A stretch of DNA of 64,000 bases from Phoronis australis (lineage: Eukaryota > Animalia > Phoronida). The stretch spans positions 245,535 to 309,534 of the forward strand of contig NMRA01000234.1 of the NCBI GenBank assembly GCA_002633005.1, in the 5' to 3' direction. Shown here one piece after another: positions 58,101-64,000 of the stretch (the stretch's first letter is position 1; each line of letters opens with the position of its first letter). Position numbers and translations under genes: made by a program. The notes under the pieces are model-generated. The model was not told the origin of the DNA and made no database searches. It saw only the letters and a list, made by a program, of their open reading frames with translations.

Positions 58101-61100
58101 TCGTTCACTGTCATGAGAGGCTTCAACCTCTGCATCAGTTTCCAGCTCGTGCTCAGTAGGCACCTTGTCCTCTGCAGCCTCATTCTCACCACACTCCCTT
58201 GCTTCATCTTGTGCACTTAACTGTTCATCTGACTTTGTAGGGCTAGTTTTGCTTTTACTTTGTGCCTTCAGAAAGTTGTGGAAGTCACTGTCCAGTTTCT
58301 TAACACGCTCCAGGTATGTAGACACTAGTGGTTTCAGCTTGTTATAGATAATAAACTGATATTTCTTCAGCAGTAAAGACAATGGATGGTCATTCTCTCT
58401 GCAAAAGCAAATAATTGTGATGATGGAGAACACATTGTCAGAGGATATAAATCTTCCTTAAATGAGCTTTAAATTGGAAGACAAGTTCAGTTCATGATGA
58501 AAATCAAGGCTGTACACAAATTGATATGGACTGCTAATCCAGTGTGCTTCAATGTGAAGCAACCACTGATGAAACATCAGACACAATGTAAAAAAATGAG
58601 TGGACTTTTTTGTTTACATTTACCATTTTGGCATAATTAATCCAAATTATGTCAGAGATAACACATGTTGCATTTCGAAGAAATAATCATGAAAAATGGT
58701 GGTATGTTGCTCGACAGAGTGGAAAGTGTGCTTTAGGAGGAAACTCTTAAATGTGGAGATCGCAGTTTCATTATACTTACACTGCAGTTGGCCCAAGACC
58801 TGTGGTCTCTGCCATACGAGATGTCAGGAAGAACATGCTCCCAACTCAACAGGCCATCTTTTCATATCGAGTATCATCTCAGGCAGATATTTTGGTCAGA
58901 GGAGATGAGGTAAATATTAAAGAGGTGGGACTTTTAACCATATAATATTGCCTTAGATACCAATTTTCCTGGATGTGCAAGAAATGTTTTGATATGGATT
59001 ATGAATGTGCGGTGGGAAACAGAGCTTCCTGTTTCAAGAAGAACAATTTTTGCAGACCTAATGTACACTTACTCAAGAACTTTCTGGATAACCGTCTTAA
59101 TCAACTGCTCATCCTTGGGGGTTCGGTTCAATTTACTTCTCCAAACTAAAGGCCACTTCTGAAAGTCACAGCAACATTGCGTTTAACAAAATGGGGACTG
59201 GAATATTCAACAATAATAACAAAACATTATGATAATGAAAATACCAATGCTTCTAAACATTAACCATACTGCAGATATAGGTTTCCTCTTTATGTGATTC
59301 GGACAGGAAGTATGCAAGACGTGCAGAGGGATATGCATCATCACCAACACTTTTCTGTCATATGACAATCACATGACAATTGCTATCTAAGCCTAGTACT
59401 CAGTTTTACTAGCGAGTGAAGGTGATTTGATGAAGAAGAGATCACAGTGTCCAGCAAATAGAAAGTACGTCACAATTGATATGTAATAAGTCGGATGTCT
59501 AGTGATGACATACCTGCCATAATTATGAGGCAATTTGTACCCACAATAAAAATGCAATTTGCTTTCAAAAATTTTGCAGGTTAGGGAGTTTTTACCGATT
59601 CAGGTAGCCACGGGGCAATTCATTGCTTGGAAATTTTACAGAGTTATGTCTTTGGAAAAATCGGTGTGTTCCCTCAACGGTTGCATCCACTGTTTGCTTA
59701 CGTGGAGTTCAAAGGGATTAAAATTGACAGGGTCCATAGCCAGGTAAAATAGCTTTCAAAGCACTCAACATTTACAGTGCTCCGTAAATCTGACCAACTT
59801 ATTGCTTCTATAGTTTTTAATTCTGGCTTTTTAATTTCACTTGGCTGGGTCCAGAACGTGAAAATGACAACATACTGAATAAATGAATACACTCACCACA
59901 TTAGTTAAGAGCACATGTACCTTAAACCTGTTTATAAAAACCTGCCCCACCAGCTCAGAAAGTAATAAGTATACCACAAAGCTTTTTATTGTAACCCACT
60001 CCACTGGCTCATCAAGTGTAAAACTTCTTATAAAGTATTTATTAGAGACCCAGCCATTCTAAATTAGGTCAAAAGCCTAAGGGATAAAAATCACCTTCAA
60101 CAATTATCCATTACAAGGTAATGAGTGAATCAGCAAGCAGTCTTGAATAGGAGACCAGACATTAAATATTATAAATTTCAGCATACCTAACACCCCAACT
60201 TAAGACTGATGCCAGTGTACTGTATATTCAACTTTGACTACTCTCCATCAGAAAATTGGCTTCCTTTTTTCCTCCACATACTTTGAAAAAGACAACTAAT
60301 TAATAAAATTGCAAATTTTAAAAGAAAAACATGAAAAATTTTAAAGGACCACAAAAGATGTTCTAAATCAAGAACAAACATATCACCCACCTTTTCATGT
60401 TCATACTCCAGTATCTCAGTGTACACCTGTTTCCTCTCTAGATCATCAGTTGACATTTCAGACATGCCATCAAATCTCCTGAAAGCACAAATCTTCAGTA
60501 TTAAATTCATTACAGAGTGCATACTAAAACATGCAAAAACATAATTAGTACAAACTAGTACATACTAGTATTTAGCAGTACATACTAAGTACATACTAGT
60601 ACTTACAACTACATACCAGTACCAACTGAATCATTTGCAACAACATCCAATATTATGGCAATTCCACACATTTTTACACAAAAATTGCCACTTTTCTATT
60701 TTTTCAAAGGCTGCCAAAGCTGCTGCAACAAACAAAAATTTCCCATCTGCTGTCTTATAACATCTACAAAGTACAATACAAACAAGGGTAATAATTGACT
60801 AAAACTTCAATATTAACCTATATTTTTGTGGAGAAATTTGACTAAAAGTTTACCATCATATTGCGAGCTAAATAAGTGAAGGGTTATCGCACGTATAGCA
60901 AGCTGGCCATTGAGCACAGTAATACATTTATGAGCCCCATAAAGAACATTCAGTACTTTGCTGTTGAAAACCACCACTGTCAGCAACCAATCAACACAAT
61001 ACAAAACAGATACAAGGGCAACAAAAAATGTTGAACTGCATCCATGACTGCACCGCTAACATTGTGCTACTATGACTGGTACAACAAAAATGGCCACTAC

Positions 61101-63002
61101 GTGGTACAGAATATGTCCATCATGTCCAGAAACGGGAAAGTGTCGCAGTCTTCCTAATACAAATTTATTAGAAAAACGTGAAAATTGTCCAAGGACTCCA
61201 AAGGTAGAAAGGCAAGTACAAAAAATAAACATGCCACTACGAGGCACAATGTCACTTGATTCCATCTGAAAGAAGTTGTCATCTATTGTCAATTTCACAG
61301 GAATACACTGTCATGTGGGAAAGATCCTGCAAGGTGTTCAGAAGATACAGTGTGGATGGAGGAAAAAAAATTGCTACTAGGGTGTGCCACAGAAGTCGGA
61401 CATATCTGAAATATCAACGTCAAGTCATGCTGTAGTCAGTAAAAAAACATCTGCCTATTTTTTGAAGATCCTTTGAGCAGTTTGGCAGATGGAGAGAAAA
61501 ATAGTAAAACCGACACTAGGTGGTGCACAATATGTCTAATCCATCATAAAATAGAAAGGTATTGTCATATAAAGACACAGTTGAGGACAATATGCACCCA
61601 TTATGTATATGTAGGTGCATTAAAATGACAACGTCAAACAAGTGAATGTAAACAGAATACCCATCAAAACAGCTGTGCGGAAATGAGTTTTTCACAAATC
61701 ATTACAAGTCTCGACCAGGAAAGATAATTTAGTCCCAATATTTTGGGTGCGCAGTATTTTAAATGTGATGATTATAATCAATAGCTGCTGCTCAGTTTGT
61801 TTCTCATTGGTGATGGACACACGAGGGGAGTTAATTAAAGGGGCTACAAACACATTATGTCCAAGAAGCAAACTTTTGATTTAACTAACTTACTGCAATA
61901 AAGTTAATTGCAATTTGACAGCATGTGCATCATACTCATGCCAATGATGATAAAATGAATGTATAATGAAAATTAGTCTACTATATTCATGGTTTGTTAG
62001 ATAAACCTAATCAGTAGTCTAGCTTCAACGAATCTGGACTTTCTCTACAAAAATAAATTTTCACTTCGATGAATTACCGTTATAAAAACTAATATCAGCT
62101 TGTTCCTTGTAAAGACTCGAAGTGGCTTCTAAGCTTAGAAATAAACATCAATATGTAAGTAATTGCTTTAGGCCATGCTGATAACATAAAATGGCCTGCC
62201 AGGCCACAATAAATGTTTTTACTTGGTCTTGTAAAATAACAAGCAGTCAGATCTTCCTAAGTTCAGAAATCCTTTCTAATGAGAACAAGCAGAACTGGAC
62301 ACAAGTTTTATTAAAATAAAGGGCAGAAATCAAAAGTGACTGTTCGTCACTAGACACAATATAGTTAATGGTGTCCATGGGCAGTGCAAGGGTAGATATA
62401 GGCAGCTCTCACACTTACTTTTCAGCCATTTCTATTAACCTGGCTTGTCTCTCTTTGATTTTTCTGTCCAGCTAACACAGGTTAAAGATTATAAATTCAA
62501 TATGCAAGATAAAGGTAATGAATTACATGTTGATAAGCAGAGCGTCATTCGTTGTCAAAGCCAAAGTCAAATAATGCACATTGTGAGCTGACATTATTTC
62601 TGGAACTCGAGTTTCAACCACCTGCTCATTGTTGATACCACGTATGACAACAGATTGACAATTTTCATCCATGACAATCTCAAACCTCCAAATAAAGATC
62701 TTTTTGCAATTAGAGAATTGTGGGATATACATGTCAATCGCCATCTTTTGACTGGAAATGTAAACGTACACACTGTGGTTTCATTAGCAGGTTTTATTCT
62801 GCTTGGCTGACCAGTATCCAGCAATCCATAGCAGATATCCCACAAATCTCTAACCATAAATTGGCAACAAGTTTAACTGTGTGGGTTGTAAATAAAATTG
62901 AATTCACAACAATTCAATTAATAGCACGCTGAAGGATACAGCATCCTGTCTAGCTTTAGCCAGCGCAATGTTTTCAGCCATCTTTCTCTGGATTGTAAGA
63001 CT
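55121..63002 (-). CDS. VPS9D1: VPS9 domain-containing protein 1 (Rab GEF-like), 3' nine exons; 5' end lies outside the window
   Basis: Exons 63002-62940, 62471-62419, 60478-60391, 59158-59073, 58398-57646, 57205-57009, 56445-56376, 55981-55877 and 55205-55121 (TGA), phase-consistent. [25 protein letters not shown]; DHPLSLLL; CPLEKLEC; VPS9 motif [12 protein letters not shown]...[23 protein letters not shown]. Confidence 0.92.
57211..57302. repeat. 11-bp tandem repeat ATATAGCAGTA x~8 abutting a VPS9D1 acceptor
   Basis: Direct inspection; ends at the TTTCAG acceptor (57206-57211). Confidence 0.9.
62472..62939 (-). other. U12-type (minor spliceosome) GT-AG intron in VPS9D1
   Basis: Donor GTATCCTTC; branch-like TCTTTAAC ending 9 nt before the 3' end (..CTGTGTTAG); no polypyrimidine tract. 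Confidence 0.75.
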
Positions 63003-64000
63003 CTGCAAGCAAAACAAAATGATCATACAAAGAAAGCCATCAGTTACGAAAACATCTGACTATTAAAACCATGAAATTTCCAACATCACGATCTGATTCA
63101 CGTTTCATAAAAATTGAGAAACAAGCCTACTGTGTTGTACAATGCTGCGGTAACAAGTGGATCAGAGCTTACCATCACACAAAGAAATCAGTAGTTGAAA
63201 TTTAAGTCTAATTTCTCTGAAAGTCAACATTTTTTCTCCATTCGAAGTTTTTGCATGACAGTTTTTCATAAAAGACGCATCTTCACAACATTTGTTGAAC
63301 GTTGTTTGAAAATAGAATTTTCTGATAATCGGTTAGTGTCAGGCGTGCTGTTTACAACATAATAGCGGGATCACGTGAATCAGAAAGCAGACAATGAGAG
63401 AGCTAGACTATGTTAACATTGCTTTGCCAAATTTCTCCTCTTGGTGTCACTATCAAACTGATATTAACAACACCACTGTAACCCAAGTTCCCGATCAGCA
63501 AAATCGGGAAAAACTAGCCCCACAGTGCGGGAGTAAAACAACAAGAGCAACGCAAGAGCGTTGAAATGCGCCCACAATTGCACCGTATATGGTATCCTTC
63601 TAGAGTTGTTTATTGGTACCATAAAGTGACCAGTAGAGGGCATATATGTAGTATGTTGTACTTTGCAAAATGGAAAGGCATGGTCATTGTCTCCTCAATA
63701 AGCTAGGGACAAAATGTGAGTGATCTTCATAAGCACATCCTATATATCAGTTGCATAAAGCAACCACAGAAACATAGAATTAAAAACAAATTTACCAACA
63801 TACAAGATTAGCACAGCATTAGAATGCCAGAAACAAATTTTTACTTGGAACTTTTCCTTCATAGTCACAAAGTAACACAAAGTATACACCTGAAGACCTA
63901 TGAAAATACAGAGGTCAATGTAAAATACTAAAATTGCCACTAGAGGCATACAGGTAGTCAGAATCATCCTTAAGTCGTCATCGTTCGTTGTCAACATCAC

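Noticed and set aside
62523-62932. ORFs within the VPS9D1 U12 intron
   Set aside because: No recognisable homology, and the flanking exons join in frame without them

Overview
AT-rich, intron-containing metazoan genomic DNA, probably from a marine invertebrate (taxon not determinable from the sequence). It holds a compact array of seven protein-coding genes, which I reconstructed by hand from GT-AG junctions with consistent phases. In order: the 3' part of CCDC74 (+); RFC2 (-), head-to-head with a CENP-Q-like gene (+); the 18-exon E3 ligase CHFR (-), head-to-head with an intronless DNA ligase III (+); selenoprotein H (+), with an in-frame UGA in CxxU and a candidate UUGA-core SECIS in a separate 3'UTR exon; and the 3' part of VPS9D1 (-), which has a U12-type intron. 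Introns carry minisatellites, MITEs, hairpin-bearing non-autonomous elements, LINE remnants and a tRNA-derived SINE. The most notable observations are (i) a possible splicing-controlled UGA stop/Sec switch in SELENOH, (ii) a 75-bp exon/donor tandem array giving six in-frame donors in the CHFR Cys-rich domain, (iii) an intronless, dual-start LIG3 sharing a very tight bidirectional promoter with CHFR, and (iv) a recurrent association of tandem repeats with splice sites. Gene identities rest on recalled motif similarity; no database searches were run.
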